This document shows positions 23,175 to 36,678 of a stretch of DNA of 64,000 bases, piece by piece. How positions within the stretch are numbered: the first letter of the stretch is position 1; each line of letters begins with the position of its first letter. The position numbers and the translations under genes were made by a program. Under the pieces are notes generated by a model that was not told the origin of the DNA, ran no database searches, and was given only the letters and a program-made list of their open reading frames with translations. Origin of the DNA: Psilocybe cubensis (Eukaryota); NCBI GenBank assembly GCA_017499595.2, contig CM039006.1, positions 620,001-684,000 on the forward strand, given 5' to 3'.

Positions 23175-23797
23175 GGATAGCCAATCTCTTGCGGGTCAAA
23201 TAGAAGCGTAGTCTGAGCGTTATGTGTTAGGTTTGTGGTCCTTTTAAGTGGCAATTGTTTGGGGCGCTCGTACAGCCTTCAACTTTCATAAAATGCTGTG
23301 CATTTGGGCGGAAGTGCACGGTGTCAAACCATGGCACCATACACTGATACCGCTGCCAAGGCACACGCAGCTGTGCTCTGTAGCAATCGATTTATTGCTC
23401 GCAGTGCGTCTGCACTTAGTTTGGTGATGTTAACCTGGACCTCGTATGAAAGCAGTGAATTGAAGGGATTGCTATGAGAATAGAGATGTTATGGTTGGTA
23501 TAAGTTGTGTCCATCCGAAAACCAAGGCCCAGAATCACAACACAGGCACAGGGAACATGGTATCCAGCGCGTAAGATATAAGACGTCCCACTAGATGCGG
23601 TCAAGAGACGATAAAGAGAGATGATGTAGCGGATTTCACCCTCACGATGCAAGCATGCAGGATAACGAAGGGATCGGTGGCTCTCCGCAAGAAATCTTCA
23701 CAGGTTCAACTTCCTAAAAGACTTTCCAGTCATCTAAATCTATCAAAAGGAAAATAATTAGCATTTTGAATGGCAATAAAATGTATGATGAGAAAGG

Positions 23798-23889
23798 TCA
23801 GGATAACTAGGATTTATTCGGGTGCACATTGCGCAACGTTTTGATTTTAAACGGCGTTCGCTCGAATTCATATGACATGAATTCATCAC
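23798..23889 (-). ncRNA. Candidate intronic box C/D snoRNA-like RNA, copy 1
   Basis: GTGATGA...CTGA inside predicted intron 23924-23740; nearly identical to 55076-55166 while the flanks are diverged. Confidence 0.6.
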
Positions 23890-24412
23890 ATAGCGAAGGG
23901 ATCAGAAAGGAACAACGAACTCACCATGGGATTGCAGAGATCAGATTGCAATTGTATTGAACAGCAGCGTAGCAGAGAGACCCGTCTGGATCACCTTGAA
24001 TCCGAGACCGCAATGAAATGTCATGGAATGGGGACCAGAGCCAGACTCGATAGATAAACCAGAGCCAAAACAATATCCGTTACCGACAAGGAAGGAAAGG
24101 AAAGGAAGCAGTACGTTTATGTGAGCTGGGTCTCATCGAGGTCGGGGGTACACGGGAAGATAAGAGATGACATGGCATGATGGCATCTTTGCCGTCTTTG
24201 TTTGCCATACGCCGGTGAACCAAGCTCGGCATCATCCGAAACCTTGTCATAATGGCCTCGCTGCGAACTTAAACTTGCTGGCTACCTTTGTACTCGAAAT
24301 CAGATTTTACTTTCATCCTTTGATAAACGGTTGCAAATCTCGTGAATGGATCTATATCCCCGGTGGCGGGATGTTTTTAAGATTCCATTTCTCCCATCCT
24401 CCACCAGTTTCA

Positions 24413-25894
24413 ATGAGTCTTTGGTACATGACGGAACCGACCACGACAAAGGAATATTGGAGGCATCATATAAAGGTACGCATTCTGGAAATCGACTATC
24501 GTTCCTACTTCTCTTCTGACCGTTTTAAATAATTTTTGCGCCAGTCGCTATTAATACCCAAGTTTCGATAATTCAGGTGTACACTTCATTGTAGGTCATT
24601 GCGTTCACTATCGATCTTGGATACACTCACATACGTCGAATCTAGTCATTCGCTCATTTCCAAACGTTTAAGTGGACAGGTACCACTACTTGAAATACAC
24701 TCGTCTGATACATCATTTCTTGTTTATTCAATCGGTTTACTTCCATGTCTGGTCATACCACTGAACACACGCCTGAATGGGATTTCGTGAGGGACTTGGA
24801 CAACCCTTCAAATTTTACATCTACTTCGATAATATCATTGTCGGAGAACAGAGCAAGGATTAATGAATGTGACGATGTATGCCCGATAATCCGTTCATGG
24901 AGCTCTGACTGACCAAGGAATACTTAGAGTTGGCTGGCTGAGCAATCTTCTGGACCGCCCGGTAAGATTACAAACGACTATGACAAGTTCACCTTTAACG
25001 AGAATCTAGATGTACCCACTTTCACCCCTGCCGCTCAAAAAGTTAGTAAAGTTAAGATATTGTTTCATTTTACTGAATCCTGAACTACATTATCCCAGGT
25101 TCTCAAGGCGCTCAGTTCCAGACTATATAACATTGCAGTTCATGTAGTAGACAACGTAATTCAGACAGCACAGTCGGATGCTATCGAATACAACCGTACA
25201 GTAATCAGCGCAAATGATCTTACATTTCCTGAGTTTGGTGGGTCATTTTACATGTCGCTAAACGTCAACTTATGACTAATTTTTGAATGCTAGACTTTCG
25301 CATAACGAACATCAATGCCGACAGCATTGAGGCGTCGTACAAGATGCACGGATACCCCTGTTTCGGTAGTTCTAATGGTATGATGCTGATTTACTGACTA
25401 TATCGATCTCTGAGCGCTTCGATAGGCAACCCGACTCAGGATACGCAAGCATCTGTGAACGTCGAAGATTCTGACAAGCAGTCATCCGCAAAGTCGACTA
25501 TAGATAGACCGACAAAGGATCTTCCAAAGTCGATGACAAAAAAACGGACTCTCCCCGCGTCGTTTGAGTCTGTGTCTTCCTATTCGATGTACCTTCCGTC
25601 GGGTTCAAAGAATGAAGTATCTTCCTCACAAAAATCGTCCTCTTTACATTGGAAGAGCGAGAGAAAAAGGCAAAAACTTGCATATGTCCAGAGAAGGTAT
25701 GGCATAGATTTATCTCCCACTTTATATCTAATATCAGTATCTCAAATTTACTGAATTCTCAGGCTATAACTCAAGCCCATGCTCTTGACGGGCATTTCGA
25801 CTCTATCAAGAGTAGCTTCAAGTTCTTCCTCTGCCCCCCTGGAAAAAGGCTAGAGTTGAATTTTACGTCAATAGTAGGATTTCCTGAACAGTAG
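24413..25894 (+). CDS. Hypothetical multi-exon protein with a histone-fold-like segment; boundaries uncertain
   Basis: Spliced exons FTPAAQK/VLKALSSRLYNIAVHVVDNVIQTAQSDAIEYNRTVISANDL followed by a Ser/Lys-rich tail with an NLS-like ERKRQK. Confidence 0.5.
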
Positions 25895-26029
25895 TAGTAT
25901 ATCTATATACATATCTTAATGAAACCTTTCTTCTGGTGCCTTTGGTATCTGGCGTTGATACTTAGCAATCTCGCAGCACGACTCGATGGATTTATACCGT
26001 GAATTAAGAGGGCGTGTGAATCGGACACC

Positions 26030-26080
26030 TGACGTAAACGCGTTTCTACGCGTTAGTCCATGTGACGTGACTCAACGCGT
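26030..26080. promoter_or_regulatory. Cluster of three ACGCGT (MCB-like) plus TGACGT/TGACTCA motifs
   Basis: ACGCGT at 26038, 26048 and 26075, about 75-120 bp upstream of the ATG at 26155. Confidence 0.45.
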
Positions 26081-26154
26081 TCAAGTTCTTATTTCGTGTG
26101 TCACGAAGTTGCATTCGTCACAGCGGTTCTTTCTTTTTGATTCTATAGAGCAGG

Positions 26155-29100
26155 ATGTCTTTCTCTGTCCCGACGTCGCCTGCAATGTCCCGCTCGAATA
26201 AAGCGCAGCCAGTAACACCTCAGCGACTACCTCGGCAGCAACCTCGTTCCCAGTCCTACTACAGGTCACCACTTACGCCCTCAGCAAGTCCTTACACTCC
26301 GATTAGCCTCCGTTCTTTGGATTCAACAAGCTCATCTACCTTGACCACCCCCGACAACATTGGCAGCGGTCTCAAGAAACGCTTAGCGTTTTCTGCTGGA
26401 TCTCCTGATGTTCTGCGCAACATCAATTCTAGCCAGGACAAGAGTCTGGCTGATATCGCCGAGAACTGGCGATCTCGCGCTAGTGAGAATGGTATCAAAG
26501 TCGCGCCCGCGCCTCAAGACGAATCCCAGTTCGGTGCAGACGAATGTAAGCTTCGTATATGCGCTTCAAATTCCATATTTTGCCACTAACGATGCGCATA
26601 TAGCCAGTGACATGTCAATGTCCGACGTCGTCAACGATCACAGCATTCTTTCCTCGGAAGAAGGTTCGTGCATAAGCGCCAATTTACGACACTGTACTGA
26701 CTCTCTACTAGCCCTTCTAGCCGCTCCATTTCTTACCACCCACAGAAGGCTGAACAGCTTGCCCGCCATAAGACCTAGGGCGCAATCGCACGCGTCTCTG
26801 CCCTCTTCTCGCATGAACCCTTTGTCTCCTGTAACCTCGCGTATCAATAATCGCATAATTCCGACATCGTCCCCCTTGCAACCTCGTCGGGTGCCAGTAT
26901 CGATGAACCAGAATATCATGTCTACGCCTCCCCCTAATCGCATTTTGGCGAGACAATTGAAGTTGAAAGGGAGTCACACGGATCCTGCACAACCTAGAAG
27001 GCGCGAAGCCTTTGGAGCGGTACGTTTTAACTTATATCTCAGGTTTCATTGTCTAATCTGTGCTTCAGGCTCCTACGCCTTCACGCAGCATTGGTCACAA
27101 AAATGCCAGCTTGAGTCTTACCCTGGAACCTGACACATCCCTTGACTTGTTTGATATCGATGAAAACGACTACGAGGCCGAGCAAGAGTACCAAGACGAG
27201 ATCGAGAATTCCTTCTCTCGTGATTTACAAGCCCTTCAAAACAGTAACTATGGCTATCCCTCCTTTGGTTTACAGCAGCAGCAACCTCAAGTTTTCGGAC
27301 AGTCACACTTTGCCGATCCTTTCCAACCAATCAGCAACGGCAATGGATTCGTGAAAGGCCACATGCTGAATGGCATTCCAGAGGGCATCGAACACCAATT
27401 CCATGCCGTCCGTCAACCCAATCCTCAGAAACAATATTACGACGACCACCGCCAAAGTGGTCATGTATTTTACAATCTACTTCCACAACATCAGCCTCAA
27501 TACAATCCAGCCATGCCTCATCCTTACGCTGCACCTAATTATGTCCCTATGTCGCAGCCATCTCTACTCCCTTTCCAACATTCATCCACTCCCGCAACGG
27601 GTTTCTCTGACCATTCTACCCCGGCTATGATGTCCAAAATTCATTCGCCACCCCATGTCCCTGATGTTTCCCCAACCGACTGCTCTGTTTGTCTTGCTTC
27701 AAAGCCTGCATCTCTTGCTATTTTACAGCCATGCAAGCACCCCCTTTGTTCCGCTTGTCTCACGAGTGCGCTCAATATTGTCGGGGAGAAAGACATGGAG
27801 TGCGCTGTGTGCAAGCAAAGCGTTGCCGACTTCAAACTGGTTATGGGTGCGTCAGCTTCATCACCAGGTAAGATCAATATCCCTGTTGAACCAATCAAAA
27901 CCTCTGGAGAGCCTATTGGTTCATTTGCCTCTACATTGGATAACTCAAACATCTTCGACGATGGGGCGATGGAGGATATAGAAGAGTTACAGAGCGCATT
28001 TGAATTTGGACTTGACTTTGGGGACCTTCGCGCCTCCACCCCCAAGCTCGAACAACAGGTCGAAGATCGCTCCATCGATGGCAGATCCCAGCACTCTGTT
28101 TCTCAACTCGGATCTAGAAGAGACGTTAGGAAGGGCGAGGACAACGTAGTTCTCCGTATTGATAACGTTCCTTGGGTAAGTATTACTTCCCTTGTCAGGC
28201 GCAATGGCTAATTTTTTTTTTTTTTTAGGATATCACACCTTTACAGATCACCAAATGGCTTCAACAGCCAATCGAGCGAGTGCATGTCCTTCTCGACGGG
28301 AAGGGCAAGACTCTTAGCCATGCTTATGTGGAAGTTCGCGATGCGACTACCGCTGGTGCTATTTTGAGAGGAGAAGCTGCTTCGCCTAACTCTTCTGGCA
28401 AGAAGGAAAGAGGAAGTGTTCTCGGCAGGGGAAGAAGGGCTCGCGGCGTGACAGTTACCAGGAGTGGGCAACAGGAATTAATGAGAGACGTATGTGATAT
28501 CCAATCTGTAACTATGGTTCGCACCATTTACACCGTGTTTGACAGCTCTTTCCTCATTGGCGTGGAGGTTTCGATGGTTCTCGCCCTTCTCTCGCTGGTT
28601 TGGAAGGAGACAGGATCATTGGAGCCCTTGAGGGCGGCCTCTTGACTGAGCAAGAGATATCTGGGTTGCTCTATCTGATCCGAGAACCTGACGTCAGTCT
28701 TTTCATACCCTCATGAGGATGCGTTCGCTGATTTTTGCCTTTGCAGTCGCACTTCCTTAAAGTGCCTTCGCTGCCGTTCCATTCTCTTGCAAGCATCTTA
28801 AGCAAGTTTCCCGCCGATGTTGATAGCCGTGTGTTCTGGTCAACTGGTATCAGAGACGTACTGCTAGGTATGTTCTACAGCTAGCACTTTTGAATTCTTG
28901 CTAATCGTGCATAATAACTTGTTTTAGACGCTACATATAGTAAGTTTTATTTTTACTTTATTTCGTGCACTGTCTGACCATGTGCTGTAGCTGCTCTTCA
29001 AACTCTTATTCCTCGTGTGGAAAAGGCTACCGAAAAGGCGAAGTCTTCTGGACAACCTGAAGAAGAATTTACCATGGATTTAGTCATCAACCTCCTCCAT

Positions 29101-29454
29101 ACTGCATTGGAATGCAAAGGTACTTATCTTTTTATGGCGATGCAACTTTCACCTAAGCTCTTCAACTTTGTAGCCTTTACCGCTCAGCAACTCCGGAAGT
29201 TGACTGAATTCGCCCATACCCACTCTCTCCCGCTGCCGGAAAGCGATCTTTCCGGGATGTTTGAACCCCATGGCTCGGTGAATTCATCCAACTTTTTGAA
29301 GACAGCATCGACACACGACTCTTCAAACATGGCGGTCAATCAAAATCAAAAGTCACTTGCCAATGAAGCATCTCTCGATGATTTGGCTCGTGAATTTGGA
29401 GTTGATGCGCAGGTCGTGCAAGCTCTTGCTCAAAGGTTGTCCAAGATGGCCTAG
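26155..29454 (+). CDS. RING-finger (C3HC4) plus RRM-like domain protein
   Basis: CSVC...PCKHPLCSAC...CAVC; VLRIDNVPWDIT...KGKTLSHAYVEV; multiple GT-AG introns. Confidence 0.85.
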
Positions 29455-30321
29455 GTTTCCTATATGCTCCAGTCACGAAAATCATGCCCTGGGCGGTCGA
29501 TCGCCCATTTACAAGAGATTGATTCTCTTGGACATTGCTTTCATCGTTTTCTCTCTTCCGTTTCTCTTTTCCTTATCAATCATCCGGTTTCTCTTCAGCA
29601 TTCCGTCGTTATCCACTTGCTATCCAACGCTCTCTTGCTCTTCCTTCTGCTATCATCGCTTCTGCGCTCAACCCATACTTCAATCCGCCTGCGTCTTCCC
29701 CCTTCATTTTTCCCATCCAAACATCATTCAATGCCCCGTAACCTGCCATACAATTTGCATGCCTTGCCGAACTGCCCATTCATCATATATACCTAATTGC
29801 ATCAAAAACAAACCACATTCCTCACCCTCGACCTCAACGCCATGGACTGTTACTCCTGCGCTTGTCCGTACCCCATCGCTGTCAATTCATCTTGGCTTAC
29901 TCTTTTATTATATTCCCGTCTCACTTTTTTTGTTATTCCCCTTAATAGGCTCCTGATACCTCGTTGTTCACGGATGTATTATGGTTCCCACTTTTAGTGC
30001 GCTGTTCTGCCCTCCTCCCCCTGGTGTATAATTTTTATGAAATCGTTGCAATGTTTCGTTATAACGTCCTTTTTTTATTACGTGTATTCATCAGTTCTCG
30101 GTCGAATGTTATTAAAAATGACTGTTGTGGTCCCATATATTACATGCCCGTGTCTGCCAGTGCTTACTGCTGCTCGACTCAAGTCGAGGTAGTGAAATGG
30201 ATTTGGGGTTCATTCATCGCAAACACCAATTTGCAACACTTCTGCACTTTCGGAGCAAAAGAAGAACGGAAAAGGAAAAGATAAACAGTTATATCTATTT
30301 TTGGATCTACAACAGCAGTAT

Positions 30322-32385
30322 CTACCTCCTTGTCCTCCATTGTCGTTGTCGCTCTCCTTGCCGTCTCACACTTGAATTCATTAAAAAAACTATCAGAAGC
30401 AAAAAAGCGCCAAACAGCTCCAACACCTATAAAATCACAAAAATAGATGGGAGTTTGGTTAGTTAGTTTAAGCGATTTCCATGAACAGTCCTGCTTTCCA
30501 CTCACCCCAGTGAACACACACCCAGCCCACCAGCGATCACGGCCTACAAGAGCCGCGGCAATAGGCGTGCCAATCAGACTCGCCAGTCCTACGGGAACAG
30601 ATGCCAGCCCGAGGCGCAGGCCTGAGCGCGACACGTCTTGGTCCAGGGAGAGCACCGCAGGAAAGTACAGTGACACCGCTGAGTCGGTTTTAGTATGACT
30701 GACTCTGAAAGGAAGTATGATCGGATATGCGTACCAGACCCAGAGAACATCCCGTACCTTTGTTAGTTAGTTGGTATGAATATCAGTATCCTTTTAAGAG
30801 TGGAAACGATGGTTGACTGACAATATACAAAATAATATGATTGATGGGAGGTTCGTGCATTTCGTCATTACCGACGCTATGATACCTAGTATCCTCCCAG
30901 AAGGAAGGAAATTATCAACCCCCAAACAACAAGAAGAAGAAGAAGAAGAAGACATCGCGCAATGTATCACCCACCTGTAGCCGCCATACAAGGAATAAAC
31001 ACCTCGAACACGCCATACCAATCTGCCATCTGGTTGAAAAACAGCCTGCCGAAAATGCTGCTCGTGTTCAGGATCGCGAGCAGGTACCCGCCTAGGGATG
31101 TGGATACGTGTGCTTCGCGCAGCGCGAAGAGTTCGATGGAGAATATGGGGTTGTACAGCGCGAGAGAGCCGACGAAGCCGAATATGATGAACACGAGGTA
31201 CGATGGGGTGCGCACGAGCTGGCGTAGTAGAGGCATGCCGCTCTCCTGGACGGTGGTGGCAGGCCCGGGTGGCGTACTAGCCTGGGCAATGTGTGTGTCC
31301 GCAGAGCCAGAGTTGATCTCCGGTGGCGGATAGTTGGTTTTGATGAGCATATTTGCCAGAGCGAGGCATGCGAGGCTGATAAATCCGCATATGCGCACAC
31401 CCCATGCGAACCCGATGGGCCCATTCAGGAATTTCTCAAGGACGATCGAGAAGAATGTGCCTCCGAGTGCGGTTCCAGTGGTTATAATCCCCTGGTGATG
31501 CGTTGAATACACAATGGCATTTTTGGAGACTGGTAAATTTCGCGTACCATTGCTAGACCACGTCGTTCGATGAAATGCTGTGATACAGCTGACGAGATGG
31601 GGGTGTATATTATACCTATCGCAAGGCCGAGTCCCACACCCTGCGATAGGAATACTTGATAAAACATGTTTTCTTTCGCCAATGAAAGCATGAAGAGTCT
31701 GTCATGATGATTCTCAGCAAAACGGCGCACAGAATTTAAATCGTACTTACGAGAGCAAGAACAGAACATAACCAGGCAGGGAAAGCCACCGGAAATGGCC
31801 AGAATCAAATCTGGGGGCCATTCAACATTGTCATAAGTAACCTTGATATTCCTGAGAGAACGACGCGCATACATACACTCCTGCTACAAGCACACCCACC
31901 AAACTTTGAAATCCCAGCTGAAGCGAGCCTTCATAATGTTCATTGTACAGGAAATAAAAAAGACTTCAAGGAGACTGACTTACCAATCCAGTTTATACTA
32001 GACGGAGTAGAATTCGGCAGGTAATGTTGCACGTAGAAGTTCTCCATTGTACCGAACGATGCAGGGCCCAGACCTATCACACAGAACATCGCCAACCATC
32101 CTCCGGCGACTGTGAGATTGCAATTCGATTAGCGCCGGAATAATACACTCTAATTTTCATATGGATAAGAGAGTACTAGCCTGTACACCATGCATCCATC
32201 CCTCCATCGTACTTCAAGACCACTGGAGAGACACCTGCAGTCTCTGCATCGAGCGCACTCCGCCCCTCGGATTCGAGAGAGCTAACAGGCACGACCTCGG
32301 ATCCGTCCAACCCTCCATGCACACATTTCTCCCTGTCCAGCACCTTCAACTCGGAAGTCGCAGAGAGAGATGCCATAGCAGTCAT
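30322..32385 (-). CDS. MFS transporter, monocarboxylate-porter (Mch-like) family
   Basis: DGGMDAW, QVFLSQGVGLGLAIG, SQHFIERRGLAMGI, IFGRL...ADWYG, LIGTPIAAAL; many hydrophobic segments. Confidence 0.9.
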
Positions 32386-34514
32386 ACAGAGAACAATAGT
32401 AGTGGGTACAAATAGGCGGAAAATCAAAACACCCACTCAAGGCTTTTGAACCTACCCAAGTCACACAAATTCAAAGCGCGAACTTGAAGCAAGCCATCAG
32501 AAATCGAATCATACGCCGGAGCCTGTTATGAGCCGCTACCGTGACCAGTGGTAGTACCTGGCCAGCTAGACAGACGCGGCTCGATCCCCCCGAGGAAGTC
32601 CAAGATAGAAGACAAGGAAGACTAGGAGTGTAGGAAGTCTGCACCGGTCGGCGTGTTAATCACCGAGCTTTTAATTTCTGATCATGATGAATGGCTCCAA
32701 CGACTAATAGGTACACATGAGCAAGTGCTTATAGGTTCCCGGAGCTTCAGACTCCAGGGCAAGCTAGGTTCTTCTATAACCTGCCCCCTTTTTTTCTAAT
32801 ATTCAACTCGAGTGTCGCTATTCGTGATGGCAGCCATCCAGTACCAAGATCAACGTTCTGGTCTCAGTCAGGCTATCCATGAGTCAATTGTCTATGAACG
32901 ATGATGGATCGATGCTGCTCACAAATGCACTTCATCTATAATCATACTGACAGGCCGTTGCCACTGCAATGACGCTGTTCATTTAACTTCAGCGGTTCGC
33001 CTTCGAAAGTCGCCCCTGTGAGTAGAGTAGATTGTAAGCCTTTAGGAAACCGGTTTGAACCTGGTTGCATCCTCGATCACGTACTTATTTCCTTGAGACT
33101 GTACAATTCTAAGATGTTAATTTACCTGAATAGTATATGCATCTCCTCGAATGCTATACATGCCGTCCACCGGCGCCTATTCTGTCTCCTTGATCAAGTC
33201 GCCAAACATTGCAAAGCTCATTGCATCCGAACACACGGGAAAAATATGTAAGCGACTTTAGACCTAAAAATAACCAAAACGGGGCAGAATATGGGCAAAA
33301 TTCTTAAGTAGGATTAAGCCCCTGTCTTGCTTCTGGGCCTGCGAGGCCTGCAGTTGATTGTCCTTGCCTTTGTTGCACCGCTGTATTACGTATGGTAACA
33401 AATTGTTTATTACTTCTCATCCACCTCCAATCATCAAATGAGTTCTAAATCATACCCCCTAAAGGGAGAGTCTGTCGTAAAAGGTCATAAAGATCTATCT
33501 AACAATACAAGGGATGGACGAAAAAGCAAATCCAAAAAAACCCAGTAGTACGATCGTGAACACATCAACGATTGTACAGATGCCCGGGTCATTCCTGCAC
33601 GAGGAAAAGAGGAAAAAAGGCTTGGGTCAACGTAGTGTAAATCGTAACCGTGATCGTGATTGTAACTGCAATTATACTTGTAACAAGAAGAGGTGACAAA
33701 ACAAAAGAAAAAAAAGCGAGACATAGAACTTAGAAGACGATCAAACTCATCTGAAGATAGTATATACCAATACCAACCAACGACAACGGTAATATAAATG
33801 ATATAAAAGAAATAGAAAAGAGGAGATCCCAGACGAAGGCTCATAAGTCTAAAAAGAATGAAAATAAATTTGGATATGACGGGATTATGATGAACTTGGA
33901 AGAATAGTAGATGCACAGGCGATGAATATGAATACAGTGGAAATGAACGTGATAGTGCTGGTGATTAACAAAGATGCTGTTGGATGCTGAAGCTGAACAA
34001 TGATGATAACAAACAAATATAAAAAAAGAGTGTGCGAGGGTCGTCGTTGATCGATGAATGACATGACATGAAAAAGAAAAATGAGGTTTATATGTGATCA
34101 TATTAAGATGGGTAAAAAGGAAGTATGGAAACAATAATCGATAGCCTCTTCAGAAAAGACGAAAAAAAAAATGGCAAAAAACACATAAGATCCAGAAAAA
34201 ACAAAACAAGAGGAGAGTATGAATTGGATGGAGATCGTGAGGATTTCGTGAATGAAAATGATGATATGGTGATGATGATGTGTGTCGTTGATGTCGAATA
34301 AAAATACACATTTTGTTTGCTTGATGCGAAAAGTGGAGAGTGGACGCATAGACTGGGTGCATGAGACTGTTGGGGGGATGAGAGAATAGGTAGTCGAGGT
34401 TCGGAACAGAATGCCGTAGTTGGAAGGATGTGTTTGCAAACAAGTGAGAAGAGATGGAATTGAAGGTGGGCAGAACGCAAGAGAGGAATTTCGGTGCCTT
34501 GAATGAAAGGAGAA

Positions 34515-36678
34515 TCAGGATCCTCCGCCCCAGGCACTCACAAAACCAAGCCTGCTCCGCCCCGAACCCGTGTTCGCGTTTCCTCGAGAGTTGTCAAAAA
34601 ACCCAATAAACGACTCGACATCATCATCTTCAGTCGATCCCCTCCTCCCCTGGCCTCCCCTTCGCGAACCAGCCCAACTACCGCCCCATTCTTCGGAAAA
34701 CTCGCCATCCCAATCGTCCTCCTCTGCTTGGATTGTAGATTTGCGCCTCAGCAAGCTCGGCGTTCGACTACTGACCAGGTTTGCTGACGATCCACGTCTA
34801 CCTCCTGCTGCAGCAGAAGCAAAGTTCTTCATCAAAGACTGTTGCGCACTAGCCTGTGAAGCGAGATGTTTGCGGAGGCTCTTGATCGAGTTCTGGCGCT
34901 TTGGAGGGACGAGAAGCCGTGCTAGATCGAGCTCTCCTTCATCTTCGTCATCGGAACTCACACCCACACCATCTGACTCGCCGTCAGCTTCTCCCCACCT
35001 TTCCGGAGCCATCGACCCAGCGCCGTGCTTATACCCGCTTCTCGTCCGCGACCACATATCACCCTCCACCTGCGTTCTGGCGAGACTAGGGAGACGATCG
35101 CACTCATTCTTCTTCTTCCTGCCCCTGCCCCTCTCATATCCAAGTTGCCACCTCTCTTTACCCCTTTCACCACGCACGACGGACCCCGACCGGCTCGACG
35201 GCGCACTGCGACACATTACACGGGCGACGGACACCTCGCCCTCGCTCCGGCCTGCCCTACCACGCTCGATCATAGAAAATAACAAAGGCGGGGGCGGCGC
35301 GAGAAGCCCTGTCGTGTTTGTCTGGTCAGAGAGCCTGCTGCGAGACGCCACAGGCCGCTTTGCTGGACGCCGCACTGGTGCCTGTGACAGTGAGCTGCGA
35401 GTCTGGCGGAGCACAGGTGTTTTTCCAGTCCGTGTCTTGGACACGTGCGGCGACGGATCATGCAAATTATGCTGCGACGGACCGCCAATGTACGCTCCGC
35501 CGCCCCCAAAAAGTACAGCGCGCGCTACAGTCTCGAGCCATGTGGGTGGGAGCGGCGGCTCCCCGTGACCCTCCTCCTCCCCTTCGCCATTACCCCGGCG
35601 GTTATACGCCACTCCAGGGTCCTCGGAGTCGCCTTCGTGTGAGTGCATCGTGTTTCTGTTGAACAAGTGGACCGGCGTCGAATTGGGTCTTCCCGGCATG
35701 CTTTGCGTCGAGGCCATGTGTCTGAGATATGCCCCAGCGCGAGACGGCCGCGGAGAGGCTATGCCCATCGAATTTTCGCCGGGGCCTGGAAAGGCATGGT
35801 TTGTCTGGCGATTTACAGAGGTCCGTGATGACTGGCGCGGGATCAGAGATGATTGATGGGCAGGGGGACTGGTCTGTGGGTGGGTAGTGGTGGGATTTGG
35901 TTTGCTTGCCCAGGAGTTTTTTGGGCGAATGAGACGCGGAGTGGGCTCTCCAAAGCTTTCATTGGATGAGGCCGTCGATGGTTCAGTCAGATCGAGACTT
36001 GGTCTTCCTCCCTGTCCGAAGGAGCGCCGCTTCGCAAGGGGTGATGTAGGCGGCGAATACTCTCGTGGCGACGCCGTCAGCTGATTTTCTCCCTCGGTAG
36101 TCGTTAGATTGGTTCTGCTAGCAGCAGCGCTTGGCAACAACCCCGCAAAAAAGCCAACGACAGCCTCCATGCCATCCTTGACGACACTAGTTCTGTTGTC
36201 GTCTCCTGCTTTCGTCGAGTCCCCTCCATCTCTCCTGTGATCCATGCGCTCTGCCTCTGGTGTGAAAATTCGAGTCTCCTTGTATCCCGCCTCCTTCAAC
36301 AGATCCTCGAGCCGCTCGTATGTCTTAGATGTGCCCCGTCGGTGCAAAGGCACCCGGCGCAGATCAGCGGGGTACCGCGGCCTGGCAATCACACGGGGCG
36401 GCGTTGTTGGCTCGGGAGGCGAGCTGGACGAATTCGAGGCTGAGTTTGAGGCTGATTGAGCGAGCCCGGGCGATGTTGTATCCGTGGGCGATGGTAAAGA
36501 GGGTTTTACGCCGTAGTTCGTCTGTAACACAATCAATCGACCAACACCCAATCGCATCGTCATTTTCCGATGCATTAAACAAAGGCAACTAGAGGCTTAC
36601 CCTTTCTCGTGTAGAGTTTTCGGTGTGTCCAGTGCTGCGTCCCCTGTAAGAATCGGACCTCACGGGCGCGTCAGACAT
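34515..36678 (-). CDS. Hypothetical low-complexity Ser/Pro/Arg/Gly-rich protein
   Basis: A 2-kb open exon plus a short upstream exon (MSDAPVRSD...RER) joined by a GT-AG intron. Confidence 0.8.

Noticed and set aside
23740-23924. TPP riboswitch, U3/U14 or snR38 identity for the conserved intronic element
   Set aside because: The diagnostic motifs are not seen. TAGTTATCC resembles the snR38-type guide but is shorter and in a different register to box D.
29357-30284. Several ORFs of up to 199 aa
   Set aside because: Pyrimidine-rich 3' UTR-like sequence with low-complexity translations in multiple frames.
32533-32596. tRNA-like motifs (CAGTGGTAG...GGCTCGATCCCC)
   Set aside because: No consistent acceptor or anticodon stems; tRNAscan-SE would settle it.
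33008-33075. tRNA-like T-arm (CCGGTTTGAACCTGG)
   Set aside because: No cloverleaf could be built.
33485-34537. Hydrophobic minus-strand ORFs
   Set aside because: T-rich 3' UTR-like sequence downstream of the 34515 gene, with no recognisable motifs.
34570-35568. 332-aa plus-strand ORF
   Set aside because: Antisense shadow of the GC-rich minus-strand gene.
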